A program made the position numbers and the translations under genes. The notes under the pieces are model-generated. The model ran no database searches and was not told the origin of the DNA. It worked only from the letters and a program-made list of their open reading frames with translations. From Mobula hypostoma (taxonomy: Eukaryota), in the NCBI RefSeq assembly GCF_963921235.1, contig NC_086097.1:229278001-229342000 (forward strand): a stretch of DNA of 64,000 bases. The letters run 5' to 3'. Shown piece by piece: positions 49,383-62,757 of the stretch (within the stretch, counting starts at the first letter, position 1; every line of letters starts with the position of its first letter).

Positions 49383-50537
49383 ACATGTCATAGTTACGGT
49401 CCTTTTTAGGATTTGTCAATTACTATAACAGGCTCCTGCCAAACCTGGCTACTGTGCTTTACTCCTTGAACTCATTAGGACAGATCAGGAACAAATGGCA
49501 ATGGACAAAGCAGTTTGAGGTGGATTTCCAAAAGGCAAAGGAAATGGTGACGTCAGACACTGTACTCACACATTATGATCCACATCGCCTGTGAGGCTTG
49601 CCTGTGACACCTCACCTTATGATAAAGATGTAGTCATGTGACATGTTAACTGATGGAAGTGATCACCTCATAGGCTTTGCATCACGTTCCCATACCGCTG
49701 CAGAGAAAAATTATGCATAGATTGACAGAGAGGCAAGTCTGGTTTGGGGCATAAAACGTTTCAACTATTACCTGTATAGAAGAGAGTTTATTGATTATCA
49801 ACCACTAGAGTCCATTTTTAATCCATTGAAGGGTGTTCCACGAACAGCAACAGAATGAATGCAGAAATAGGCTCTATTTCTTGGAGGGCACAATTACAAG
49901 ATGGAATTCAAGAGGACAACTAATCATGGAAGTGCTGATGGATTGCCCTATTTACATGTGGAGAAGGAAATACCTGAAAAAGTTACAAAAGAAGACCCTG
50001 CTCTTAACGTATTCTCACTCATGCAAATCTAAAATCTCCCCATTATGGCAGAGATGATCCAAAGGAAAACAAAACAAAAAAAAAACCACGCTGTTTCAGG
50101 TCTAAATGGCAACCCAACATGGCTGGAATGTGCAGCAGAAATTCCAGTTCCTGCATTTTTACCAGTGCCAGGATGAATTTGCCCTTGATGGGTGTAGCCT
50201 TATGTGGGGATTGAGAGTTGTTATACCATCCTAGCTGAAAGCTGAAGTGTTGGAGGAGCTACATGCTGGTCACTTATGTATAGTCAAAATAAAAAACGTT
50301 GGCTCCAGGCTTCGTCTGGTGGCCTTGGATAGATGTCCAGAGCTGTCAGAACCACTTCCTGAGGTCCCAGAGTGAATTCCTAAAGCCACGACAGAGGAGG
50401 CTCCAGAACCTGATATTGTTTCACAGCCATAAGTCTCACCCGCCAAGAGGTGAACCCTCTTGTCAGGAAAGATGTCATCCCACAAGAGTAAGAAATCCTC
50501 CAGTGATTAAATCTTCAGGCCTGAATGGGACAATTTA

Positions 50538-53500
50538 GATCAGAGAACTTGTGGCTCAAATCAGCACAGAGAGGTATGATTTAATGGCCATTACAGAAGT
50601 GTGGCTGCAGGGTGAAGAGGATTGGGAATTAAATATTCAAGGATATCAGGTAATACAGAAGGATAGGCAGGAAGGTAAGGGAGATGGGGTAGCACTCTTA
50701 ATTAAAGATGAGATCAGAGTGATAGTAAGAGACAATATAAGATCTAAGGAGCAGAATGTTGAATCCATCTGGGTAGAGAACCTACAAGGGAACATGCTAT
50801 CTTAGATCTGGTCCTGTGCAATGAGACAGGTAAAATTAGTAATCTTGTAGTTAGGGATCCTCTCATACAAATGGAGGGTGCAATAGTTCAATCTAAAACT
50901 AGTGTGTTGTGCCCAAACAATGGAGACTACAATGGGATGAGGGAGGAATTGGCTGGTGTAGACTGAGAACACAGGCTATATTGTGGGACAGTTGAGGAAC
51001 AGTGGAAGACTTTCAAAGAGATTTTTCGTTGTGCTCAACAAAAGTATATTCCAGTTAAAAGCAAAACCAGTAAGGGTGGGGAAGGCCAGCCTTGGATAAC
51101 TAAGGAAATAAAAGAAGGCATCAAACTAAAAGCTCGTGCATACTAAGTCACCAAGAATAGTGGGAAACTGGGAGATTCAGAAAACTTTATAAAGCAACAA
51201 AGTACCACTAAGCGAACAATAAAGAAAGGGAAGCTAGATTATGAAAGCTAGATTATACTAGCAGAAAATATAAAAACAGATAGTAGAAGTTTTTATAATT
51301 ATATAAAGCAAAAAAGGGTGGCTAAAGTGAAAAGAGCTCGAGAAGGGGGAATTGATATTGGGTATCGAGGAAGTGGCCGAGGCTTTGAATGACAATTTTG
51401 TGTCGGTCTTCACAGTGGAGGACACATTCATCATGCCAAAGAGAGATGTTATGGATGCGACGGGAGGTGAGGACCTCGATACAATAGCTCTCACTAAAGA
51501 GGTAGTGCTGAGCAAACTTTGGGCCTGAAGATAGATAAGTCCCCTGGTCCTGATGGAATGCATCCCAGGATACTGAAAGAAATGGCACAAGTTATAGTAG
51601 AGGCTTTGGTGATGATTTACCAACATTCTCTGGATTCTGGGTAGGTCCCAGCAGATTGGAAGATGGCAAATGTCATGCCACTCTTCAAAAAAAGGATGTG
51701 GGCAAAAAGCAGGTAACTATAGGCCAGTTAGTTTAACATCTGTGGTTGGGAAAATGCTTGAAGTTATCATTAAAGGAGAAATAGCAAGGCATCTGGTAAG
51801 AAATGGATCCATCAGGTAGACGCAGCATGGATTCAGCAAAGACAGGTCCCGTTTGACAAACTTACTGGAGTTCTTTGAGGATAATTACTTTGGTTCTGTC
51901 TTCACTAAGGAGGACATAAATAATCTTCCAGAAATAGTAAGGGACAGAGGGTCCAGTGAGATGGAGGAACTGAGTGAAATACATGTTAGTAGGGAAGTGG
52001 TGTTAGGTAAATTGAAGGGATTGAAGGCAAATAAATCCCCAGGGCCAGATGGTCTGCATCCCAGAGTGCTTAAGGAAGTAGCCCAAGAAATAGTGGATGC
52101 ATTAGTGATAATTTTTCAAAACTCGTTAGATTCTGGACTAGTTCCTGAGGATTGGAGGGTGGCTAATGTAACCCCACTTTTTAAAAAAGGAGGGAGAGAG
52201 AAACCGGGGAATTATAGGCCGGTTAGCCTAACGTCGGTGGTGGGGAAACTGCTGGAGTCAGTTATCAAGGATGTGATAACAGCACATTTGGAAAGCGGTC
52301 AAATGATCGGACAAAGTCAGCATGGATTTGTGAAAGGAAAGTCATGTCTGACGAATCTCATAGAATTTTTTGAGGATGTAACTAGTAGAGTGGATAGGGG
52401 AGAACCAGTGGATGTGGTATATTTGGATTTTCAAAAGGCTTTTGACAAGGTCCCACACAGGAGATTAGTGTGCAAACTTAAAGCACACGGTATTGGGGGT
52501 AAGGTATTGGTGTGGGTGGAGAATTGGTTAGCAGACAGGAAGCAAAGAGTGGGAATAAACAGGACCTTTTCAGAATGGCAGGCGGTGACTAGTGGGGTAC
52601 CGCAAGGCTCAGTGCTGGGACCCCAGTTGTTCACAATATATATTAATGACTTGGATGAGGGAATTAATGCAGCATCTCCAAGTTTGCGGATGACACAAAG
52701 CTGGGTGGCAGTGTTAGCAGTGAGGAGGATGCTAAGAGGATGCAGGGTGACTTGGATAGGTTGGGTGAGTGGGCAAACTCATGGCAGATGCAATTTAATG
52801 GGGATAAATGTGAAGTTATCCACTTTGGTGGCAAAAATAGGAAAACAGATTATTATCTGAATGGTGGCCGATTAGGAAAAGGGGAGGTGCAACGAGACCT
52901 GGGTGTCATTATACACCAGTCATTGAAAGTGGGCATGCAGGTACAGCAGGCGGTGAAAAAGGCGAATGGTATGCTGGCATTTATAGCGAGAGGATTCGAG
53001 TACAGGAGCAGGGAGGTACTACTGCAGTTGTACAAGGCCTTGGTGAGACCACACCTGGGGTATTGTGTGCAGTTTTGGTCCCCTAGTCTGAGGAAAGACA
53101 TCTTTGCCATAGAGGGAGTACAAAGAAGGTTCACCAGATTGATTCCTGGGATGGCAGGTCTTTCATATGAAGAAAGACTGGATGAACTGGGCTTGTACTC
53201 GTTGGAATTTAGAAGATTGAGGGGGGATCTGATTGAAACGTATAAGATCCTAAAGGGATTGGACAGGCTAGATGGGGGAAGATTGTTCCCGATGTTGGGG
53301 AGGTCCAGAACGAGGGGTCACAGTTTGAGGATAGAGGGGAAGCCTTTTAGGACCGAGATTAGGAAAAACTTCTTCACACAGAGAGTGGTGAATCTGTGGA
53401 ATTCTCTGCCACAGCAAACTGTTGAGGCCAGTTCATTGGCTATGTTTAAGAGGGAGTTAGATATGGCCCTTGTGGCTACAGGGGTCAGGGGGTATGGAGG

Positions 53501-54834
53501 GAAGGCTGGGTTCTGAGTTGGATGATCAGCCATGATCATAATAAATGGCGGTGCAGGCTCGAAGGGCCGAATGGCCTACTCCTGCACCTATTTTCTATGT
53601 TTCTATGTTTCTATATAATGAACACAGTGGATAGAATGGAACAGATGGACGTTATTTACTTGGATTTCCAGAAGGCATTTGATAAAGTGCCACATAAAAG
53701 GCTTATCCATATGATAAGGATGCATAGAGTTGGGGGTGATGTATCAGCGTGGATAGAGGATTGGTTAACCAATAGAAAGCAGAGAGTTGGGATACATGGG
53801 TGTTACTCTGGTTGGCAATCAGTGGTGAGCGGTGTGCCACAGGAGTCTGTGCTGGGCTTATAAATGTTCACAATATACATTAATGATTTGGAAGAGAGAA
53901 TCGAGTGTAGTGTATCTAAGTTTGCTGATGATACTAAATTGAGTGGAAAAGCAAATTGTGCAGGATACAGAGACTCTGTAGAGAGATATAGATAGGTTAA
54001 GTGAGTGGACAAGGGTCCAGCATATGGAGTACAATGCCGGTAAATGTGAGGTCGTCTGCTTTGGAATGAAAAATAAAAGAGCAGATTATTATTTAAATGG
54101 TAAAAACAAAATTACAGCATGCTGCTATGCAGAGGGACTTGTGAGTGCTTGTGCATGAATAAAAAAAGGTTGGTTTGCAGGTGTAGCAGGCTATCAAGAA
54201 GGCAAATGGATTGTTGGCCTTCATTGCTAGAGGGATTGAATTTATACGCAGGGAGGTTATGCTGCAACTATACAGGTACTGGTGAAGCCGCATCTGGAGT
54301 ATTGCCTGCAATTCCAGTCTCCTTGAGGAAGGATCTACTGGCTTTGGAGGCGGTGCAGAGGAGGTTCACCAGGTTGATTCTAGAGATGAGGGGATTGAGT
54401 CACCTGGGACTGTACTCACTGGAATTCAGAAGAATGAGAGGAGATCTCATAGAAACATATAAAATTATGAATGAGATAAATAAGATAGAGGCAGGAAAGT
54501 TGTTTCCATTGGTAGGTGAGACTAGAACTAGAGGACACAGTCTCAAGATTCGGGGGAGTAAATTTCAGACGGAGATGAGGAGAAACTGCTTTTCCCAGAG
54601 ATGGTGAATCTGTGGAATTCTTTGCCCGATGAAGCAGTGGAGGCTACCTCAGTAAATCTATTTAAGACAAGGTTGGATAGATTTTTACACAGTAGGAGAA
54701 TTAAGGGTTATGAGGAAAAGGCAGGTAGGTGGAGATGAGTCCATGGCTAGATCAGCCATAATCTTATTGAATGGCAGAGCAGGCTCGACAGGCCATATGG
54801 CCTACTCCTGCTCTTACTTCTTTTGTTCTTGTGT
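50538..54834 (+). mobile_element. CR1 LINE (APE to 3' end) inside the Gypsy element
   Basis: YDLMAITEVWL (APE) through RT to tail; aattta at both flanks (50532-50537, 54835-54840). Confidence 0.88.
51882..53613 (+). mobile_element. Young 5'-truncated CR1 nested in CR1
   Basis: ORFs 51853-52860 and 52740-53516 separated by one frameshift; (tttctatg)3 tail. Confidence 0.95.
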
Positions 54835-55744
54835 AATTTAAAACTTACAATGTTGTGAATGCCTATATAGTATTTGTATTATATAGTATACTGTATATCT
54901 ATGTAAGATTACGAGAGAGCAATATGTTGTATGTGTGAGTTGAGATGCATTCTATATTGAGTTGGAGTTTATAGCTAAGCAGGGAGGAGTGTTGTGTACT
55001 TAATATTTCAGTAATATTTGAGTAATGTAAATGTATTGTTTGATTAAGCATTCTTTGTTTGCCTACGTAATTCAATATAGGTTTAATGTAAAGAGTATGT
55101 GAAGGGACTAAGTCATAACACTACTGTGTCATATGTGGGCGCCTCACTAAAAGAAAAAGAAACTAAGCACATGCATCCTGGGTCCCATGTTTTCCTTTTA
55201 ATTAGGAAAGGGTTAGAGTTGGTTAAAGGCTGAAGGACCTGTATTGTTTTATGTTCTAATTAATTTACAGTAGATCTAAACCAAAGCATATACAGGAATT
55301 TATAGATCACTGCGTTTGGAGGAGCACATTAAGCATACATGTATGAACACATCTTTTCAACATTCCTATAGACTATCAGGGTAAGAAATGTCCTAAATGC
55401 TCCCCCTGCCCTCCCCCTACACCCCTTCCCCCACCTTTGCATTTCCTACTGGACTTAGACGACCCCTGGAAAGCCCAGTGGTTTTGTGGAGGCTTATCTC
55501 ATCACCTCAGTCAGTCACACTTTGCTGAAAGGAAGCTGCTTATAGCTTGCGCCCTTTGCGCAGCCGCCTGATATACGGCAGTACTGCCTGCCATTACATT
55601 GACAGGCTTCCTGAGGTTGTTAACAATTTTTCTCATCTGCTTCCATATCCTCTGATGTTCATCACAGCAGTGACAAGTAACCAACTCCTGCCAGACCTCC
55701 TAGATTTCTGTTTGCTGAACTTCTGTCAACATCTTCCTCTGCCT

Positions 55745-56800
55745 CTTGCATTGAGCACGGGGCCCCCCAGGGCTGAATGCTCAGTCCACTGCTGTTCACT
55801 CTGCTGACCCATGACTGTGTTGCAACACACAGCTCAAACCATATCATCAAGTTCGCCGATGACACGACCATGATGGGTCTCATCAGCAAGAACGATAAGT
55901 CAGCATACAGACGGGGAGGTGCAGCAGCTAACGGACTGGTGCAGAGCCAACAACCTTTCTCTAAATGTGAACAAAACAAAAGAGATGGTTGTTGACTTCA
56001 GGAGGACACGGAGCGACCACTCTCCTCTGAACATCGGTGACTCCTGCATAGAGATCGTGCAGAGCACCAAATTTCTTGGTGTTCACCTGGCGGAGAATTT
56101 CACCTGGTCCCTCAACACCAGCTCCATAGCAAAGAAAGCCCAGCAGTGTCTCTACTTTCTGCAAAGGCTGAGAAAAATCCATGTCCCACCCCCCATCCTC
56201 ACCACATTCTACAGAGGTTGTATTGAGAGCATCCTGAGCAGCTGCATCACTGCCTGGTTCGGAAATTGCACCATCTCGGATCGCAAGACCCTGCAGCAGA
56301 TAGTGAGGTCAGCTGAGAAGATCATCGGGGTCTCTCTTCCCACCATTAGAGACATTTACATCACACGCTGCATCTGTAAAGCAAACAGCATTATGAAGGA
56401 CCCCACGCACCCCTCATACAAACTCTTCTCCCTCCTGCCAGATGGCAAAAGGCACCGAAGCATTCAGGCTGTCACGACCAGACTATGTGACAGTTTCTTC
56501 CCCCACGCTATCAAACTCCTCAATACCCAGAGCCTGGACTGACACCACCCTACTGCCCTCTACTGTGCCTATTGTCTTGTTTATTATTTATCGTAATGCC
56601 TGCACTGTTTTGTGCACTTTATGCGGTCCTTGGTAGGTCTGTAGTCTAGTGTAGTTTTGTGTTGTTTTACGTAGTTCAGTGTAGTTTTTGTCTTGTTTCA
56701 TGTAACATCATGGTCCTGAAAATCATTGTCTCATTTTTACTGTGTACTGTACCAGCAGTTATGGTCAAAATGACAATAAAAAGTGACTTGACTTGACTTG
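55745..56800 (+). mobile_element. Rex1/Babar 3' portion
   Basis: LSPLLFTLLTHDC..KFADDTT; 207-aa ORF 55919-56542; aataaa followed by (tgact)n tail. Confidence 0.93.
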
Positions 56801-57004
56801 AGAGAAAGTGAAATGTCAAGCTAGTATAGTTTTGCTATCACTATAGATAGAGCATTACTATGATTTAGTTATATTAAAAGTACTTCTCAGGCAATAGCCA
56901 GACAAAAGTTTAATGAAACTAGATTGTATTTTGAGTTTAGATATCTCATATATCCTAAAAGATCCTTGTGTTAAGGTGCACAATGGTACAGTCAATAGAA
57001 TGAT

Positions 57005-57310
57005 TCAGTTACAGCTCCATCTAAGTTCGATCTTGTCCTTCGATGTAATCTGTGTGGAGTTTGTACACTCTCCCTGCGTCTGCATGGCTTACCTCTGAGT
57101 GTTCTATTTTTCTCCAGTAGCTCAAAGACATTTGGATTGGTAGCTTAATTAGCCAATATAAATTGCCCCTGGTGTGTGAGTGGCAGAACCTGCGGGAAAT
57201 TGATAGAAAAATGGCAAAGCCAAATGGGATTAGTATACGATTAGCGTAAATGAGATCTTGATGGTTGGATTCAGTGGGCCAGAGTGCCCGTTTCTGTGCT
57301 GCAACACTCT
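57005..57310 (+). mobile_element. Old V-SINE / HE1-like SINE
   Basis: V-domain-like ctgtgtggagtttgtacactctccctgcgtctgcatgg; ..aaattgcccctggtgtg. Confidence 0.65.
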
Positions 57311-58572
57311 ATTTTAGCATACCCATCTCTAAACATGTTTTTGTTTGGTGATTTGGACTTGGAAAGATGATACCTTAAAATTGGAACTAATTTATATTCA
57401 TTGCTAAGAGAGGGTGCCAAGGAATCAAGGCATGCTCAATTAATAATGCGCAATATGTTTTGCCACATTATTGTTGAAACAGAATCTATTGGAGGATTTC
57501 TGGGAGAAACAAAATAGCGCCTGAAAGTAGATGGAACGCAGGTCTGTGTGGAATAGTGGGGGAGTGAGGTAAAGTTTTAATTACTTCGGCAAAGAAAAAT
57601 CAGACAGAAAATCACTCTGTCATTGTGAAGCTTCCTGCAGACCCATTGTCTTCAGGGGTAAGATATAGAATAAAACCATACAATAGAGAAACAACATGTA
57701 ACACCTTGTCCATGCTGATCATAATGCCAATCTATGCTCATCCTATTTGCCTGCATTTGGCCCATTTCCTGCCATACCTTTCCCATCTTAGTTACTCTCC
57801 ACATGTCTTTTAAACATTATAATCGTATCTACCCTGCCAACTTCTCTGGCCCGAGAACCACTATCCTCTCTGAAAAGAATCTGACCCCACAGATCTCTAT
57901 TAAATTTCTCCCCTCTCAACTTGAACCTGTGCCTTTTAGTCTTGGACTCCCCAGACCAGGGAAAAAGGACCCTGACTATCGATCCTTCCCATGTTTCTCA
58001 TAATTTTATAAACCTATGTAAGATCACCCCTCAGCCTTCTATGATCTACTGAGAATAAACCCAACCTATCTAATTTTGCCTTGTAACTCCAGTGCTCCAT
58101 TCCATCCTGGTGAATCTCTTCTGCACTCTCTCTTTTGTTACCAAATACTTTCTTCACTGTCCTACTCACCTGTGTCACCACTTTCAACCACCTATGGACA
58201 TACACACTAATGTCCCTCTGTAAACAATGAATCTATAATCCCAACCATATATGCCCTACCAATGTTTGATTTCCTAAGTTACACTGACTTATACTTGACT
58301 GAATTAAATTCCATCTGCTACCACCCCTCAACTTTGTAGCTGATCTACGACCTGCTGTATCTGCAGATTACCTTCTTTGCTATCACATCTCCACTGATTT
58401 TCATACAAGCTTGCTAACCTACATTTTTATCCAGGTCATTTATGCAAACAACAAAGGTTCACGCATCCACCACTGCAGTACACCACTTGTTACAGACCTT
58501 CGGTCAGAGAAACAGCAATCTACCACAACCTTCTGCCTCCAATCACCAAGTTAATTTTGGATCCAGTTTTCC

Positions 58573-59553
58573 TTTCTTTTTCAATAGCTTTATTAATTTC
58601 TTACGTAAAAGAATACAGGGTACAGTAGGATATATAATATATATCGATTACAGTATATTGAAATCACAGATGAAGTGTAATTACCCCATAGCAATATAAA
58701 TTAAATCTAAACATAATATTGAAAAGAGATAATTTTATTATATAAAAAATCTAAACCCACTACCAGAAAATAACAGCTGTTTGGTTAAGAAAAAAGAAAA
58801 GGAAAAAATTCTGAACATATAGTAAAACATATTATTAGCCAACATCTGTGCTTAATAGCTAATCAAAGATTTTGAAAATAATTCAGATAAGGTCCCCACA
58901 ATGTTAAAAACTCTTGTCTAGGTTCAGAAATTGAACAACGAATCTTCTCTAAATTTAAGCAAGACATAACATCATGTAGCCAATGAGTATGAGTGGGCGG
59001 AGTGGCAGTTTAAAAATATTTTGGTTTATTGAGTTTTTCACTTTCCAGTCCCATTTTTTTCAAACTATTTTTTTAAGCCTTCTATGTCTGATGTAGTTTT
59101 TAAAGAGTGGAATAGATTGGGTATTAAATGTTTTCATGATTTGTTTGTTGGAGATAGTCTCTTCATTTGAACAACTGTTAAGTAAGTATAGCCTACCGAG
59201 AACTCACTTTTTTCAATATTTACAAACCAGAGACTTTTTGCGTTCTCCAGTACATACATTTTCTAAAAGTCCAGATAAAAAGTTACTTGATATAATTTTT
59301 AATTTGAAACCCTTCCATAATGCATCTATATCTAATATTTATGTTATGTTGTTGGGAATGAGAAATATTCCTTCAGATAAAATTAAAAATCTTTGGGAAC
59401 AACGCCTACAGATTTCAATTTCTGAGGACACTTGGAATGAAATTTTTATATTGGTTAATACCTCATCGTTATGTGCCCATCATTCCCTTCTACAATTTAA
59501 AGTGGTTCATAGACCCCATATTGTCTTAAAGATAAGCTGTCTCGTTTTTATTC
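58573..59553. mobile_element. L1-clade LINE with 5' inversion (twin priming)
   Basis: Minus part 58573-59010 carries ORF2 end PPTHTHWL..LEKIR..WGPYLNYF* and 3' UTR; plus part 59010-59553 has SFEQL..HFFQYLQ..LLQFKVVHR; 14-bp TSD ggatccagttttcc (58559-58572, 59554-59567). Confidence 0.85.
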
Positions 59554-59640
59554 GGATCCAGTTTTCCAAATTGCCTCAGATCTCTTAAACTTTAACCTTC
59601 TGGACCAACCTACCAAACATAGGTAGCTTTGCACTCATCA

Positions 59641-60595
59641 AAGTTCCAAGTTCAAAATTCAAAGTAAATTCATTGTTAAAGTACATATGTCACCAAATAC
59701 ACCCCTGAAATTTATTGTCTTGCTGCATACTCAATAAATCCAATAACTATAATAGAATCAATGAATGCACAAAGAGGGTGGACAATTAGTGTGCAAAAGA
59801 TAACAAACTGTGCAAATACAAAAAGAAAGAAGATATTTTGAGAAAATGAAATGAAGAGGCCTTGAGAGCGAGTCCCTAGGTTTCAGAAACAGTTCAGTGA
59901 TGAGGCAAGTGAAGTTGAGTGAAGTTATTCCCTCTAGGTCAAGAGCCTAATGGTTGAGGGGTAAGAAATGTCCCTGAATCTGGTGATGTGAGTCCTAAGG
60001 CTCCTGTACTGTCTTTCTGATGGCAGCAGTGAGAAGAGAGCATGTCCTGGGTGGTGGGATTCTCTGATGATGGATGCTGCTTTTCATTGACAACATCACA
60101 GGTAGTTGTGCTCAATGGTGGGGAGGGCTTTACCCATGATGGACTGTGCCATATTCACTACTTTCTTGTAAGATTTTCCAGTCAAGGGCATTGGTGTTTC
60201 CATACCAGGCAGTGATGTAGCCAGTTAATATCACTTCCAGCACATATTTATAGAAGTTTGCCAAAGTTTTAGATGTCATGTTGAATCTTTGCAAACTTCT
60301 TAGGAAATAGAGGTGCCTTCAATTCAAAGTGATTGGTGTCTGCAAGTGAAGAAATCAAGGATTCAATTGCACAAGGAGGTATTAAAGCCAAGGTTTTGAA
60401 TGTTATTAATTAGTTTTGAGGGGATGATCGTATCAAATTCTGAGCTGTAGTTGATAAAGAGCACCTTTGCTGTCCAGATGTTCCAGGGTTAAGTGAAGAG
60501 CCAATGAGATAGCATCTGCTGTGGACCTGTTGTGCCGGTAGGCAAATTGGAGTGGATCCAAGGCACTTCTCCGGCAGGAGTTGATCTGTTTCATC
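59641..60595 (-). mobile_element. Rex1/Babar 3' portion, degenerate
   Basis: Rex1-like RT C-terminus on the minus strand; tail reads aagttc-like repeats at ~59641 on the + strand. Confidence 0.7.
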
Positions 60596-61407
60596 TTGTT
60601 ACCTCATAAAAGTCTCAAATTTGTAAGACATGATCTCCCCTGTATAAAACCACACTGACTCCTGTAAAATTGCTGCCTCTCCAAGGGAACAAAAATCCTG
60701 TCCCCCAAAATCTTCTCCAACAATTCCCCTCCCATTGCTGTAAGGCTCTGAGTTCAGCAGTTTCCTGACTGTCCTTTTTGCATAAGGGGCAACATTAGCC
60801 ATCCTCCAGTCATTATGTAATGGCAAGGAAATGGATATTTTACTTCTCTCAAATAGCTCATGCTCCTTTCAAAGCTATTGAGTGACTCAAACAGGATGCT
60901 CCAGCACCCTCCTGGCTGGACATTCTTGCCTCCTAGTCAGCACATGGATTGCCACTGGAAGTGCATAGGTCAGTGATATAGAGAGACAGATAATATGAAA
61001 GAATGAGTACTGATGCCGAGCATACAGCAAGAAGTGGGTAAATCATGTAGCATTACTCTGTTTGCTCTGTATTCAGAATTCTTCTACCTAGAAGCATAAG
61101 GACAATGGATACACAGGGACACTAATATCTGAAAGTTCCCTCCAATCTGTCATTATTCTCATTTGGAATTATAAACTGTTCATTGTAACTGGCTTCAAAT
61201 CCTGGAGTGTAGTAGTCACAGCACTGTGGAAGTAACTTCGTGAGAAGGTTTTCTGTGCTTTAAGATGATAACTCACCAATGCCTTTTGAAGGCCAATTTA
61301 CCAAATTGCCTCAGATCTCTTAAACTTTAACCTCCTGGACCAACCTACCAAACATTGGTAGCTTTGCACTCATCAAAGTTCCAAGTTCAAAATTCAAAGT
61401 AAATTCA

Positions 61408-62445
61408 ACATGGAGCAGAAGCTGATTCATACAATCCATCAGCTTTACGCCAAGGCAACCAGTGCACTGCTCGCTCAGGGCACCATCGGGGAGTGGTTCC
61501 ATACCTCTGTAGGAGTCTGTCATGGCTGCCTTCTCTCCCCCACTCTCTTCAATATCTTCCTGGAACGAATCATGAGTGTTGCCCTTGAAGATCATGTGGG
61601 CACAGTCAGCATCAGAGGGAGGAACATCACAAACTTAAGATTTGCTAATGACATTGATAGACTTGCAGGAAAAGAGGACGAACTGGTCAACTTGGTCAGC
61701 CATCTTGACAGAGCCTCCACAAAGTTTGGAATGGAAGTAAGTGCGGAGAAAACCAAGCTCATGGCAAATGCCATCACAGCAGACATCTCAGTCCATGGTC
61801 AGAAACTTGAGACAGTGCAGCAGTTCAAATACCTGTGATATCAGTGATGAAGGATCAAGACCAGAAGTCCTGGCAAGAACCGCACAGACAATGACTGCAC
61901 TATCCAAACTCAAGATAGTATGGAGGGACAGCAACATCACCATGAAGTACAAGATCAAACTCCTGCGTGCATTAGTATTCTCCATCTTCCTGTACACATT
62001 TGAGACATGGACCATCTCAGCAGAGCTACAGAGGACGATACAGGCATTGGAAATGAGATGCTATTGCAACATCTTGGGCATCTCATACTTGGACCACATC
62101 ACAAACGAGCAGGTCCACAAGACCATCCAGCACCACATTGGCCCCCATGAAGACCTTCTCACAACGGTGAAGAAAAGAAAGGTGTGATGGTACGGCCACG
62201 TAACAAGATCCAGTGGCCTTGCAAAGACCGTTCTACAAGGAACTGTGGAGGGGAAAAGAAGGAGAGGTGGACAGAGGAAAAGATGGACAGACAACATTAA
62301 AGACTCGATAGGGAAAACATTTGCTGTGACCCAGGCTCTGGCACACAACTGCGACAGATGGAACAGACTGGTGCAAAGCTTGTCATGACAGCGCCCCACC
62401 GACTCCACCAGGAGTTAAGGGCGCAAGAAAGGAAGGAAGGAAGGA
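61408..62445 (+). mobile_element. RTE-clade LINE, 5'-truncated
   Basis: GVCHGCLLSPTLFNIFLE..NLRFANDID; IQALEMRCY..ITNEQV; (ggaa)n tail. Confidence 0.9.
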
Positions 62446-62757
62446 TATATATATTAAAAAAAATTTATTTTTGTGTTTTCATGGTGCAGGGCTGTAACAT
62501 TAAGATCCCTTGTATTCTGAATTGGATATCAGTGTTTTTCATATATACTGTTACCTCATCTCTGTTCTAAATAGACGTCCCTCAATTCTGAGGCTATGCC
62601 GTCTGGTCCTAGACTCAGCCACTATAGGAAACATCCTCTCCACATCCACTCAATTCAGATCTTTCAATATTTGATAGGTTTCAATGAAATCCCTCTCACT
62701 TATTCTACTAAACTCCAGTAGGTACAGGCCCAGCACTGTCAAACTCTCCTTGTAGGT

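Larger units (their letters stand above)
43689..55205 (+). mobile_element. Degenerate Gypsy LTR retrotransposon fragmented by nested insertions
   Basis: 5' LTR ~43689-43925; gag ~45000-45660; protease MELDTG ~45872; RT GSVRICGDFK ~46415 and YLDDII ~46722; RNase H LACDTSPY ~49597; integrase start ELHAGHL ~50256 with core deleted; PPT agggaggag 54981-54989; 3' LTR from 54990. Confidence 0.88.
57665..60820 (-). mobile_element. Old CR1 LINE, interrupted by L1 and Rex1
   Basis: LGLFSVDHRRLRGDL (58014-58205); DWRMANVAP (60599-60826). Confidence 0.7.

Noticed and set aside
51853..52860. 335-aa ORF as an intact or novel reverse transcriptase
   Set aside because: Chimeric junction of two CR1s, truncated and frameshifted just before the FADD motif
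55372..55380. 9-nt microexon AG|actatcagg|gtaaga
   Set aside because: Too short to distinguish from chance without RNA data
57641..57657. 17-nt segment between cag and gtaaga
   Set aside because: Frame-disrupting length and no other support
61130..61300. Possible ancient LINE 3' end
   Set aside because: Similarity is recalled only and too decayed to support
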